In this document: positions 11,641 to 23,729 of the stretch, in pieces
Layout of the letters: the number at the start of each line of letters is the position of its first letter
Position numbering within the stretch: position 1 is the stretch's first letter
Assembly: GCA_030265395.1 (NCBI GenBank)
Contig: JARFYF010000063.1
Span: forward strand, 21,979,172-22,043,171
Origin: Rhina ancylostomus
Taxonomy: Eukaryota
DNA length: 64,000 nt
Reading direction: 5' to 3'
The notes under the pieces: model-generated
Databases searched by the model: none
Told to the model about the DNA's origin: nothing
What the model saw: the letters and a program-made list of their open reading frames with translations, nothing else
Translations under genes and position numbers: made by a program

Positions 11641-12469
11641 TTACACAGTCACAGGAACGGGCTTCCTTGCTGACCTTCAAACTGCCAAGGGTGTGCAACA
11701 AGAATAGAAGGGGTGTAAGGTAGAGGAAACCCTTTTCATAAATAAATCTACTGTGAAACAACAGCAATGATTCAACCGTGTGTTAGTACTCATTTATTTA
11801 CTAGTTGATAGAACCAATTAACAATATGCTCAGTTTGAATGAGCCCATATGGATCACTGGCTGGTGGATTCTGAATGTGCATAATTGGCCTTAACAGAGA
11901 GAAAACATCACAGCAAAAGGAAAATGCAGCTGTAATTGTCCTAGTAAAGGAAGCAGACACCCATATCCCATGGGGCTGTAAAATGGCTCCTGCGGAGGAG
12001 AAATCAAGGGAGGCAAAATTTAGATAAAGCGCTACAGGACTGTGACACTTCCAGCGTCCGTCTTCCATCTGCAGCAAGTTATGGTATTTAGATTTCCGTG
12101 TGGTCAAACATCCAGAGGCCATGCAGTCACTAGGGAGACTGTAGTCACAGAAATAATCATTCCTGAATCTACGCACTTCACATCATGCTTTGTTTTATTG
12201 TAGAATCTAATTGTTCCCAAAATGGTGACAGGAAATGGAATTTTACTCCACGTCAGTGCTGCCATGGATATTAATGTCAGTCCTTGTAAATCTGATCTGA
12301 GAAATTATTATCTGGCCTCTACTTGTTCCTACACCTGGGTGAAGCCTCCCATATGCACATTTAGTTTTGTGGAACATTTTTGTATCTCTTTCCCATATGT
12401 ACTGTGTGTAATTCAAATCTGGAAGTTGTTAAAATATCCAGGTTAATATATACTGTCCTCTGCAGGTCG

Positions 12470-12592
12470 CACATCCAGTGGTGATCTGTACTCACTAATT
12501 CCCACACTCAATCTGCACCCACTTACTATGTTCCGCAAATAATCTGTCCTATTACCCACATGTGATCTGTACTCACTTCTACCCACACATGG
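12470..12592 (+). repeat. Degenerate minisatellite, unit about 25-30 bp, about 4 copies
   Basis: gtgatctgtactcact occurs exactly at 12481 and 12562, with aatctgcacccact and aatctgtcct variants between. Confidence 0.6.
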
Positions 12593-12822
12593 AGTTAATT
12601 CCGACTTTAGGTGATAGTCTAAAGTGAATGATGGTGAAACTGCAACTTATTTTACATCCCTGGAAATCTTTGATCTATTAAACATTTCAACCTTTTAAAA
12701 AGATTCCAATATCCAACTTACGTTAAAAAGAAAGACATAATAAAAGCTGACAACTCATTGTTGAATGGATGAAAAATTGAGACGTCACCTAGTTTTATTA
12801 GGGGAAATGCAAGAGCCCTTAC

Positions 12823-12920
12823 CTGGTTTCAAAGTCAAGTTGATGCTGCAACTGACACTTTTGTTAAATTAATTGTAAAAGCAGAAAGAGGATTCACACT
12901 AGGGCTTGTTCTTAGAGAGC
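12823..12920 (-). other. Candidate non-coding 5'UTR exon upstream of the coding exon
   Basis: Strong minus-strand donor CAG|GTAAGG (GT at 12822-12821). Splicing to the acceptor at 11681 would give a 1141-nt intron. The 5' boundary is uncertain. Confidence 0.3.
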
Positions 12921-14334
12921 TGACAGCAGAAGAGACTTCATTTCGACATTCCTTTCAAGAACAACAATAAATCGTCATTCCTTTGATGAGATATGATTAA
13001 TACTCGCAACAATATAAGGATAAATCTTCGGTTTAAGTTGTGAAGAAAATACATCTTTCATTTGATATATAGTTCATTTCAGAATATTATGTTGCATTAA
13101 TCCTGTAAGTAAGCATGTAGCAAACTTTATGACTTTCAGCTTAAGATCTCCATTTTGGCATGTTTAACTGGTGGCGGGAAGCTGGTGGGAGTGGGTGGCA
13201 ATCTCATGCAGGAATGTGAGTTGGAGGCCCACCAGCATTTAGCAACTGTGCCTCATTTGAATGGTCATTTGTTTGGCTGTTTCCAGCGCTCTGACCAGAA
13301 ACTCCACATTACAGTCCCCTGGATTCTGACCAGAAAACCTCTTCAGCAGTTCCATGCGTCCCATCTCCCCAAACTATATCACTAACACATACAACTTACA
13401 AACTTTGACATTAAGGTACGATGTTGTTTCATTAGTGTTTGTATAGATGAAAAGAACAGCCATATTTAGGAAACTCAACAATTCAGCACTTATACAACAA
13501 ATACAATGCTGTAAAGAACAGAACTCTAAAATGATAATTTTACAAAATCGTCATAATTGACAATCATAAAGAAATATAAGGAAGCTGTAAGGACTATTAA
13601 AGATTGACACTCTTTTTGAAGAAACTGCATGTGAATTAAACTAAACTGCAGACAATCATCAATAAAAGTGTCAATAAAACAAGTTTTAAAATTAAAATTG
13701 CAGAAGTTTATATTGTTTATGAGTTCCATTTGTCAGTACTTATGAATCTGACAGTTGTAAAATCTTTTTTTATATATTTGAATGGTAACCCTTATATTAT
13801 GTTCAACAAATATTTTTTTATATAACTTGAATATTGTAATGGATACCAGGCTGGATTTGATGCAATTTGATACAAAGCATCCAGGCCTTAAGCCAGCCGT
13901 GCAGACTCGCAGATACGAGTGCCACCCACCTTTAAACAGCACGACTAGTGTTATACCGACTATAAAAGATGCAATGACTTCAAAGAATCATTCAGAGTTG
14001 TCTTTTCATTGATTCTCCAATATTGCAGCTTGAGTAATTATCATACCAGCAAGTTGTTTCCTTATTATCCTAGTTGTTCCATCACTGTTAATTCCAATGC
14101 AGTAGCATTCTGTATTTACATTGCCATTTCATATCATTTTTCTTCATATATACAGTTTGAGCTGCTAAATTTCTACCTTCAAACCTGCTTTTGTAACTGC
14201 TCTGCATATTAGTGGTTCTTGGAGAATTTATGAACATGGAATGTATCCAAAGTCTCCACAAGCAGGAAAAATGTATCATGGTGGTATTGTTAGGGAAATT
14301 GTCAGATACAGGACCAGACAAATTAGATAACTAA

Positions 14335-15473
14335 GAGACATAAGAGACTGCAGATGCTGGAATTTGGAGCAAAAGATAAACTGCAGGAGGAACTCAGAGG
14401 GTTGAGCAGCATCACTGAGGAAATTGGAATGGTTGACCTTTCAGGTCAAGACTCTGCATCAGAACTGAGAGTGGAGAGGGAAGATAATGGTAAAAAGAGG
14501 AGAAGAATGGGACAGGGGATGGTAGGTTATAGGTGGAGCAAGTAGGGGTGAGGGATAATGGGCAGAAGGATTCAGGTAGGAGGGGGAGAGAGTCAGGTAG
14601 ATGATTGATGGAAGTAGACAAGGGAAAAAAGGGGCAGATGGAGTCAAGTGGCAGGGAAAGAGGAGGGGGATGTTGGAACAGAGCCTGGAGGGTGATAAGT
14701 GGGAACACAATGGCTACAGGTGCTGGAATCTGATAAATAAGGAAAGTAATAATCTGAAACAATTAAGGGAGAAATGAAAGGCAGATGGAATCAGATGAGC
14801 GAGGAGATCTGGTGGGTGAAGTGTGTAGATAGGAGATGGATGGAACCAGGAGGGCAAGGGGGACAAAATTAGGTGATGGGGGGGCAGGAGGGTGGGTGTG
14901 GGAAAGGAATAAAAAATGGGAAGACCAGAGGTAGATTGGAAGGAGAGAGAGGGGAGATAATGGTTACCTGAAATTGGAAAATTCAATGTTCGTTCCATTG
15001 GGTTGTAGACTACCCCATTGGAGTACGAGATGTTGTTCTTCTAGTTTGTGTTAGTAGTCATCCTGACGGTGGAGAAGGCCAAGGACAGACAGGTTGGCAT
15101 GGAACTGGGAAGGAGAGTTGAAATGACATCCAACCAGGAGCTCGGGATGGCCATTTTGGGGAGAGAGCACAGGTGCTCTGCAAAACAGTAGCCTGGTCTG
15201 CACTTGGTCTCTCCGATGTAGAGGATGCCATATCATGAGCACTAAATGCAGTAGACAAGGTTGGAAGAGGTGCACGTGAATGCCTCACCCTGGAAGGGTT
15301 GTTTCGGTCCCTGGATGGTGGTTAGGGAGAAGGTGTAGGAACAAGTGTTGCAATTCCTACGCTTGCAGGAAAAAGTGCTAGGGGTCAAGAAGAGGGTGGG
15401 TGGGGCAGGATGAGCGAACCAGGGAGTCATGGACAGAGTAGTCCCTGCAGAAGGTTGAAAGAGGTGGGGTTGG
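14335..15473 (-). mobile_element. Penelope-like retroelement, 3' portion (GIY-YIG endonuclease pseudogene, pyrimidine-rich 3' region, terminal repeat)
   Basis: Minus-strand translation across frameshifts and stops: CKRRNCNTC...FTCTSSNLVYCI..LYIGETK..FAEHL..HFNSPS..LSVLGL..KLEEQHL..IEFSNFR* (stop 14966-14964), a GIY-YIG signature typical of PLE ORFs. Terminal repeat 14340-14470 carries ctgatgc...gacctGAAA. Runs into an N gap. Confidence 0.9.
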
Positions 15474-15695
15474 NNNNNNNNNNNNNNNNNNNNNNNNNNN
15501 NNNNNNNNNNNNNNNNNNNNNNNNNNNNNNNNNNNNNNNNNNNNNNNNNNNNNNNNNNNNNNNNNNNNNNNNNNNNNNNNNNNNNNNNNNNNNNNNNNNN
15601 NNNNNNNNNNNNNNNNNNNNNNNNNNNNNNNNNNNNNNNNNNNNNNNNNNNNNNNNNNNNNNNNNNNNNNNNNNNNNNNNNNNNNNNNNNNNNNN

Positions 15696-15830
15696 CTATC
15701 GGGATCAAGGCACATGGGGAGAAGGCCTATGATACTAAAGTGGATGATCAGCCATGATCATATTGGGACAGATCTGAAGGGCCAAATGACCTACTCCTGC
15801 TTCTATTCTCAATGTTTCTATATGTCTATA
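15696..15830 (+). mobile_element. CR1 LINE 3' tail
   Basis: gatcagccatgatcatatt...gaagggccaaatgacctactcctgcttcta. Confidence 0.75.
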
Positions 15831-18800
15831 CACTTTGAGAAAAATAAATCAATGCATTAATGGCCTTTAGGTAACAGAATCCATACATTTGTGAAAGAAA
15901 ATTGAAACCAAAAGGTTATTTTATCTTGTCTGACACTGACAGTCCCATATGTCTCACTTTAATTTTAGTGTTGACCTTTTGTACAGAGTATAGACCAGAT
16001 AACTGATGGTTATAACACATGGAGGGAAAGTTTGTGCAAAATGTTTGAAAATAGCAATTAGAAATGCTGTAACTTGAAATATCTCAAGGATACATAAGGA
16101 GTCTCCTCTATTTGTGTCTCATTAACTGTTCTGGCTTCAGATCAATTAAGCTTTTGACTGGCAAATCACTAAAATTTGCTTTACACTACTTTCTGCAATT
16201 GAAAAATATTCAAACCCACTATATTCAGAAAAGAACCAATGAGAGAGATATGACCGTTGGCAACAAGTACAATTAAAATAGTTACTATGTAATAGTTACT
16301 ATGTTCTTATAGAATGTAAGAAGAAAAGCCCTTTTTAAATACATCAACCACTCCAAGGTGGCTCATGACAGATGCTATGTACTTGTAGGTGATAACAACA
16401 TTTACTGAACAGCTGAAAATTCTCCCCTGCCTGGTAGATGCCAGCTTATAGATGCCTTATCCTAGTACATATATACCATGAAACATTCTTCCTGCATGAT
16501 CGTCACTTGTATATCCTTTCAAATGGGTAAAGAATCTGTAAAATGCATTGCAAGTGTCAAACATTTGGGGGCACTGGACTGAAGAGTCACCCTTACATGT
16601 AATCCATTTGATTATGTAAATAAGGAATTTAATGTATGGTCTGAGGGACTGTCCTTCTACACTAGGATCTTGTTCCTACCAACAGATATTATTGCACCAC
16701 TGTTCGCTCTTGAAAACACAAATTCATTAAAATAAAACTATATCACACATGTCAAAAAATTTTAAGTTCATATGTTGTTTCTAATAAGGATAAATAAAAT
16801 CATGGTTTTAGCAGGAAAAGTAATTGAATTATGTATGGTATATAATGGATAACTTCCGATTGCTTTATCTATTTGAAGAGTAAATAAGACATAGTCTTGA
16901 ACTAATGCATGGAGGTCAAATTCAATAAAAGCAAAAGTGAACAGTTAAGTAGCACATCATCAAAATGATGCCCAGGCTTTTGTTGAATCAAATGCTAAGC
17001 AGTGGCATCAATGAGAAATGGAAGAAATGGGTAGGGACATGCACAATTAGTGGGCCTTCTGATTCTAAGGTTTTAGCTGTTTTCTTGGATTCAGGTCACA
17101 AAATGTGGTGAAATCTATTAAAAGCGATTATGCACTTTTTGGAAGAAAATATTCAGAAATTTCACAACTCACATCACTGCAAAACAATTTTAGAAGGAGC
17201 AGAATCAAATGCTTAAGAATATAAAAAAAATATTTCCATTGAATTCCTTATTGTGTTTATTGGTGACTGGTGATTGCCTTATGCTTATAACCACTTGTTT
17301 TGATTTCCTCGAAATTAACACTGTTTCTACTTTATCAATTCTACTTTATCAACTACCAATTCACAACAATTAATACTCCACTAAACAGTAAACAATAAAG
17401 AAAATAGCATCACAATTCAAGGTCACTAGAGCTATCCAAGACTATCAGAAGCAAAGGGTTGTAGGATTTTTCAAAATTGGTATTAGCAAATTAGCATTTA
17501 TTTAACTCCCCGTCCAATTATCTTTTACTTTAATCACANNNNNNNNNNNNNNNNNNNNNNNNNNNNNNNNNNNNNNNNNNNNNNNNNNNNNNNNNNNNNN
17601 NNNNNNNNNNNNNNNNNNNNNNNNNNNNNNNNNNNNNNNNNNNNNNNNNNNNNNNNNNNNNNNNNNNNNNNNNNNNNNNNNNNNNNNNNNNNNNNNNNNN
17701 NNNNNNNNNNNNNNNNNNNNNNNNNNNNNNNNNNNNNNNNNNNNNNNNNNNNNNNNNNNNNNNNNNNNNNNNNNNNNNNNNNNNNNNNNNNNNNNNNNNN
17801 NNNNNNNNNNNNNNNNNNNNNNNNNNNNNNNNNNNNNNNNNNNNNNNNNNNNNNNNNNNNNNNNNNNNNNNNNNNNNNNNNNNNNNNNNNNNNNNNNNNN
17901 NNNNNNNNNNNNNNNNNNNNNNNNNNNNNNNNNNNNNNNNNNNNNNNNNNNNNNNNNNNNNNNNNNNNNNNNNNNNNNNNNNNNNNNNNNNNNNNNNNNN
18001 NNNNNNNNNNNNNNNNNNNNNNNNNNNNNNNNNNNNNNNNNNNNNNNNNNNNNNNNNNNNNNNNNNNNNNNNNNNNNNNNNNNNNNNNNNNNNNNNNNNN
18101 NNNNNNAGAGATAATTTTCATCAAAGGCTGAGATGGAGAAAGCAGTGGGCATTGCAATTGCACAGAACTTCCCAATGTCCTTAAATTGACTTCCTTCTGA
18201 TGGGGAAGAGCACAAGAAATCTTGTGGCTTCTCCATTCTGCTAAGCTAAATGTTGGAGACTCAAGGCAGGGTGGCAAGGGGCAACTATATAGTAGGATGT
18301 TTGTGCAACCAGAAGAGGCATTCATGTTCCTCCTTGTACTACAGTAATACTTAAATGTACAGTTTATGCACACTACATACATTGGTAGTTCCTTTAGGGT
18401 CCACAGGTTAGCCTAGTCTACACATATCACCAATGAGTAAACAATGGCCAAAACACCTGATGCCTGAAAATGGTACTAGGATCTCATGTATGGCATAATG
18501 TGAGAGAATAGTTTACAGGGAAATAGATGGGGAAATAGCCAGCTTAGACTCAGTGGGCAGAATGACCTCATTCTTTATCATTAGGGAATATGCTAACAAC
18601 AAAGCTACCAGAAAGAGGTGTCCACCTGGCTGCACTTTGGAAGTGGAGGAGGAGCTGATCAGAGGCATGAGCATGGACAGGTGGAAAGGGTAGTGCTGAG
18701 GTTTTTTAGAATGTAACCAATGCTGTCCTGTCTGATGGACGCAATAAAACAAAACTCCTAAATTTCTCAATTCTTTCTCCAGACTTTATTCCCAGCAAAC

Positions 18801-20672
18801 TTGCATTCTGTAATCTAAAGATGTGGCCAGATGACGATCTCATGATTCATAGTTTTCATCTGAACTCAGACTGCATTTTTACCTTTGAAAATGTGTTCTG
18901 CCTATTGATATTGTGCATGTGATTTACTACTTGTTCTTCAGCATTGATTCTGGAGCTGTTCTTTTTCACATTTATGATTTCCAGCATCTGTTTTACTGGG
19001 AAATCATACAGAACCTATCTGTATGGATTTGACCTCAGCACACCTCCATCTTCCTGGAGCATATAGAATTTGTGCAAAAGGGTTAATTATCACAATGTGC
19101 TTTCAGTTACTTTACTTGGAAGTCATATTGTGCAAGTAAATATTGTGGGTTTATAGACTAACAGCAATGTCTATGGTATATACATCCCTTTACATCCCCT
19201 CCTTCCTGCTCCATGGCATCTATGAAACCTTCAGAGAAATATAGCAGTATGCTGGGAGGGCTTCTAGAGTACACAGTGTGCAATTGATCCATCTTCCCTT
19301 TGATACTGACTCGAGGTTCACAAAGGATGGCCAACCCACCTTCCTTTGTTTCATGCCTTTACCGATGTCAGATTTTACTGCTAATGTATGCAGAGAAAGG
19401 CAATCTGATCGGGTAAATGGAAAAGGAGCCACATTGAAACAATCATTAACAAATATCTTGATATCCATTAGATGAAAGCTTGCTGTAAGAGGTGAATCTT
19501 TACACTTTCAATGAAACTTATTTTCCACCTTCTTTTTAATTTAGTTTATTAATTCTCTGGATCTAAACTGAGAAATTTAAATACAAAAGGCACAGGCAGC
19601 AGTTTACATTAAAACAACTGGTAATTTATGAGTTATGTCAGCAAATCTGTGAAAGGAGTTAATATTGTTTTTCAGTTAGGTAAAGTTTCATTGATTTATA
19701 ATAAGGTTCTTTAACCTTGAAATTATGAAATCCAGCTCTGTCATTTCAAATTGTAACTTATTTGCTTGAAAATGTTCTCTGCACTAATGCAGTAGTACGA
19801 CCAACACTTGTAAAATAAATAGATTAGTGTCTCTGTTAGATGAGCGGAAAGTGGAATTTCAGCCAAACACATTAAAAATTCATATATTAGTATCCAAAAG
19901 TATGACTCCCTAGTTTTTAGAATGANNNNNNNNNNNNNNNNNNNNNNNNNNNNNNNNNNTTTCCAATATTATTGCTTTCTTTTACTGCCCCCAGTGGTAT
20001 ATGCCATTTCTTATTCATTCTTTCTTCTTGCCAGTTTTAAGTTTTAATTTTTCATTGATTTTTGATGAGTGGCTGGTTTATATTGGATTCAAAGGCTCTT
20101 TTAAAGAAGGAGGTTTGTGTTAAGGAGGTTATTATGTGATTAGATGGCTGATAAAGAATGAATGTCACCAGCAGTCTTCCTATAAAAGAAAATTCCTGTT
20201 GAACTCCTTCTTGTCGAGGAATTCAATTTAGAGTAGTTTTCTTTTTAAAAGTTTTCTTGAGACAATACTTTGTACTTAATATTTCCATTGAGAGATTAAT
20301 AGATTTTTGGGCTGAAACAAACCCCCTTATAAATACAGCTTCACAGCACATTAATGATTGCATTAATAACATCTCAAATGAAGAGGGCCCAAAAAGGGGT
20401 AATAAACATTTAAAACTAGCAGGATCATTGTGGAAAAGCTGGATTGCATTAATGTGGCGACTGTTTGATCAGAGTGTGTATTAATTCTAAACAGAGTCTG
20501 TGTGTGTCTCTCTATTGATTTCAACTCTTAATCTTAAACTCTTGATGGGAAAAATCAATTCAATTTATTCATTTGCACATCATGCACCTTTAAAAAGTAC
20601 TTACAGTAATTTATTTAGACATGAACTTTTTTCTGGACATGCACTATTAATAATCCTTTAATCCTTCAGTGG

Positions 20673-20674
<2 letters not shown>

Positions 20675-20720
<46 letters not shown>

Positions 20721-20841
20721 GTTATTTATTTATTTAANNNNNNNNNNNNNNNNNNNNNNNNNNNNNNNNNNNNNNNNNNNNNNNNNNNNNNNNNNNNNNN
20801 NNNNNNNNNNNNNNNNNNNNNNNNNNNNNNNNNNNNNTATT

Positions 20842-20898
<57 letters not shown>

Positions 20899-20915
20899 TT
20901 TATTTATTTATTCAA
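20675..20915. repeat. (TA)n(CA)n microsatellite on both sides of a 100-N gap
   Basis: Near-identical TA/CA/TTTA arrays at 20675-20737 and 20847-20913; probably one unresolved locus. Confidence 0.85.
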
Positions 20916-21280
20916 CATATTCAACATAGTTATTTGACTCCTGAGTATGTTTTGGAGTGCCTATCTGATCAATGGCTCTTATTTAGGGCATTCATAGTGA
21001 AACAATGAGAAGGTTCAATTGATAGCAATCTTGCCTCGGAGTTGGGAGGTTCCATGATCAAGTCGTGCTCCAGAGACTAAAATACAAAAATCTAGATTGA
21101 CCCTCTAGTGCAGTGTTGAGGAATGTCACACTTTTAATGATGCTGTATTTTAATTGAAATTCAGACTAGCACCATGCCTGCCTCTCAGATGAAGTATCTC
21201 CTGAGACTTTTTGAAGAACAGTGTGAGGTGGTACCCTTTTTGTCCAAAGTAATACTTACTCCTCCAACCAACATTATAAG

Positions 21281-21434
21281 GATTTGGATTTGGATAAGCC
21301 TATAGGTAGGAGGGGTTTTAAAGGGATGTGGCCCAAATGCAGGCAAATGAGACTAGATTGGTGGGCACCAAGTTTGGCATTGACGTGTTGGACTGAAGGG
21401 CCTGTTTCCATGCTCTATTACTCTATGATTCTAT
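21281..21434 (+). mobile_element. CR1 LINE 3' tail inserted in the SINE
   Basis: ggcccaaatgcaggcaaatgagactag...gactgaagggcctgtttccatgctctattactctatgattctat. Confidence 0.8.
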
Positions 21435-21597
21435 AAAATTATTTGTTCATTATTGTAGAACTTTTTATGGGAACTTTCTGTGCACAAACTAGTTACTGTG
21501 TACAACATGGTTACTGTTTTCCCTACATTACAAAAGTGACCACATGTCAAAAATATTCAATGGTATTAAGATCTCTGGAATGTCCAGAATGTGCTTC

Positions 21598-21993
21598 TGT
21601 CATGGTTCTGAGTTCTGGCCCTCAATTTGGCTCCTTTAATGCCTTGTTGTACAGGACATGGATTCCATGCTGGACTGATTACATAATGACACACACCTAA
21701 GCCCCATCAGGGGCCTAGCATAAGTTCCTGTGTTTCTCTCGCACTAGTTGCTGAAGTATTGGTCTACCTTTGGTTCCTAGCTGCTAGAGTGGTCTACTCT
21801 AGAGCAGTCCTGTGTCCTTGATTCCTTTTTGAAGATCCAGTTTGTGTTGGGATTCTTCTTCAGATCTCTGAGGCAAGATTCCTTCCAGTTGCTGCCTGTG
21901 TTTTGTCTTGAGGAAGCATCCTGACTCCAGTCTTATATCAGTGTGCTGCATTTGGGTTCTCTGCGAGCTTGCTCTCTGATCAACATTGTGACA
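21598..21993. mobile_element. Solo LTR (396 bp)
   Basis: TGTCAT...GTGACA termini; flanks GCTTC/GCTTT (5-bp TSD with 1 mismatch); second copy inverted at 39247-39637. Confidence 0.75.
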
Positions 21994-23437
21994 GCTTTGA
22001 TGAATACTACATAAATGCAAGCCTGTCTGCATTAATACAGCAAAGAGAGGAGCTCTCAGCCATCATTATTAGAGTGAGAACCAGCTATCTCTTGTATCCC
22101 TTTTTCTAAACTTGTTGATCCAATTTACAGGCTAACTTATTACTCTACATTTTCAAATGTTGACCTGTCTCTTCAAAAGCATCTGATGCCTGACTTGCCA
22201 TTTCACTTCCATGCTCTTGCTGGCAAGGATGGCCTTAATTGTCCTTGCTAGGTGACTTTATTTTCCCCATTTGAGTCAGTTAGACCAGTTCATAAAGCAC
22301 TTAAGTATCAACCATATTGGTATGGTTATTGTATGAGTAGTCCAGATCAAGTAAAAACGGGAGGAGTCGTGCATAAAATTTGGATTATTACACTAATAAT
22401 GTGCTTTTTTCTGGATATATTGAAAACAGAAATAGAATTCTCAACTTAGCTTTTTAACATTTGAATCCTTTGTTGTGGATTACTAATGCAGCAATGTTAC
22501 TACTGCACCACCATCCAACAGTTAACTATACAATGTGTAGTTATAAAGGAAACACGTCAGTCCTATTTATAAGCAAACTGATAAGATCACTTTACCTCAT
22601 TATTTTGCGGCCTGTTTAGGTGTAGCCAACAGCACTAACCCCCTCAGAGGTCCAGGTAATAGTGTATAATCTACATCTGAGGGTATTTTGTAACGTTATG
22701 GCTGCTGAGTTTGGAAAAATGTTCTAGGTTCTCTTTCATTCCTCATTTTGCTCCCTTGATGGTTATCTTGGATACTGATAACTAATTTTAGTGTATTGTG
22801 GGTTCTTCTATACTAATGTAGCTGACTATCACTTTAACTCACTTAGACCCAGCATTAAGGAAACACAACTGTTAACTTAGCAATCAGATCTTAAATGAAA
22901 GCCAAAACATGGTAATGATAGGTAACCACATGACATGCTCTCTTATGGTAATAGCAACTCACCAACCTTAGAGTAGCTGTTACATTTAGCAGCTTGTACA
23001 TACACTACACCAGTATTCTTAGTTTTGTTAATATGCAATTACATCCATGTTAAGAAAGCAATGATTATGACAGTGATTACTGTTTTGTCAAGTAAAGATC
23101 TCATAGTTTCCATTGTAACACAGTCACTATGTAAATCACACTTATAAACAAAAGAGTTTAAAAGATCAAAATAGATCAATACGAAGCATGAATAGAATCA
23201 ATAAGCAGAATGTGATGTCAAGTACAAAAGCTGTTGAGGATGAAGCCTCTTCCCAATTTAAAGCGTTTGGGATATTCCTGGCATCATTTCCAGTGATACA
23301 GTGCTTGCTATGGAAGTCACATCACTGCTACAGCTACTCTGTGCCATTCTCTTTGGTAGTGGAAGTAAACTGATAGCTTAGCATTATTCCTTGTCCTTTT
23401 GAAATATAATAACTTTTAAAATAAAAATCTCAAAACT

Positions 23438-23729
23438 TGGTGTAGCAGTTAGCATAAGGCTATTACAGCGCCAGCAACCCGGGTTCAATTCTGGCCACTG
23501 TTTGTAAGGAGATTGTATGTTCTCCCTGTGTCTGTGTGTCTTTCCTCTGGGTGCTCCGGTTTCCTCCCACATTCCAAAGACGTACAGGTTAGGGAGTTGT
23601 AGGCGTGCTATGTTGGCACTGGAAGTGTGGCAACATTTGTGGGCTGCCCCCAGAACACTCTATGCAAAAGATGTATTTCACTGTGTGTTTCGATGTACAT
23701 GTGATTAATAAAGATATATCTTATCTTAT
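23438..23729 (+). mobile_element. tRNA-derived V-SINE
   Basis: A box tggtgtagcag; B box ggttcaattc (23482); V-domain gtaaggagattgtatgttctccctgtg...gtgctccggtttcctcccacattccaaagacgt; tail aataaagatatatcttatcttat. Confidence 0.9.

Larger units (their letters stand above)
21010..22028 (+). mobile_element. Deu-domain SINE (SacSINE1-like) split by a CR1 tail and a solo LTR
   Basis: tRNA-like head and Deu body at 21010-21280; resumes at 21435-21597 (ttccctacattacaaaagtgac); tail ctacataaatgcaag at about 22007-22021. Confidence 0.7.

Noticed and set aside
16277-16304. 14-bp direct duplications (also near 17326-17353, 24586-24631 and 59401-59426)
   Set aside because: Ordinary slippage micro-duplications
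17502-18382. Long ORFs (244 and 282 aa), also those at 15242-15757, 37369-37844 and 47383-47912
   Set aside because: Length is an artefact of reading through N gaps
20675-20915. Tandem duplication of a TA/CA array
   Set aside because: Copies flank a 100-N gap; most likely an assembly artefact
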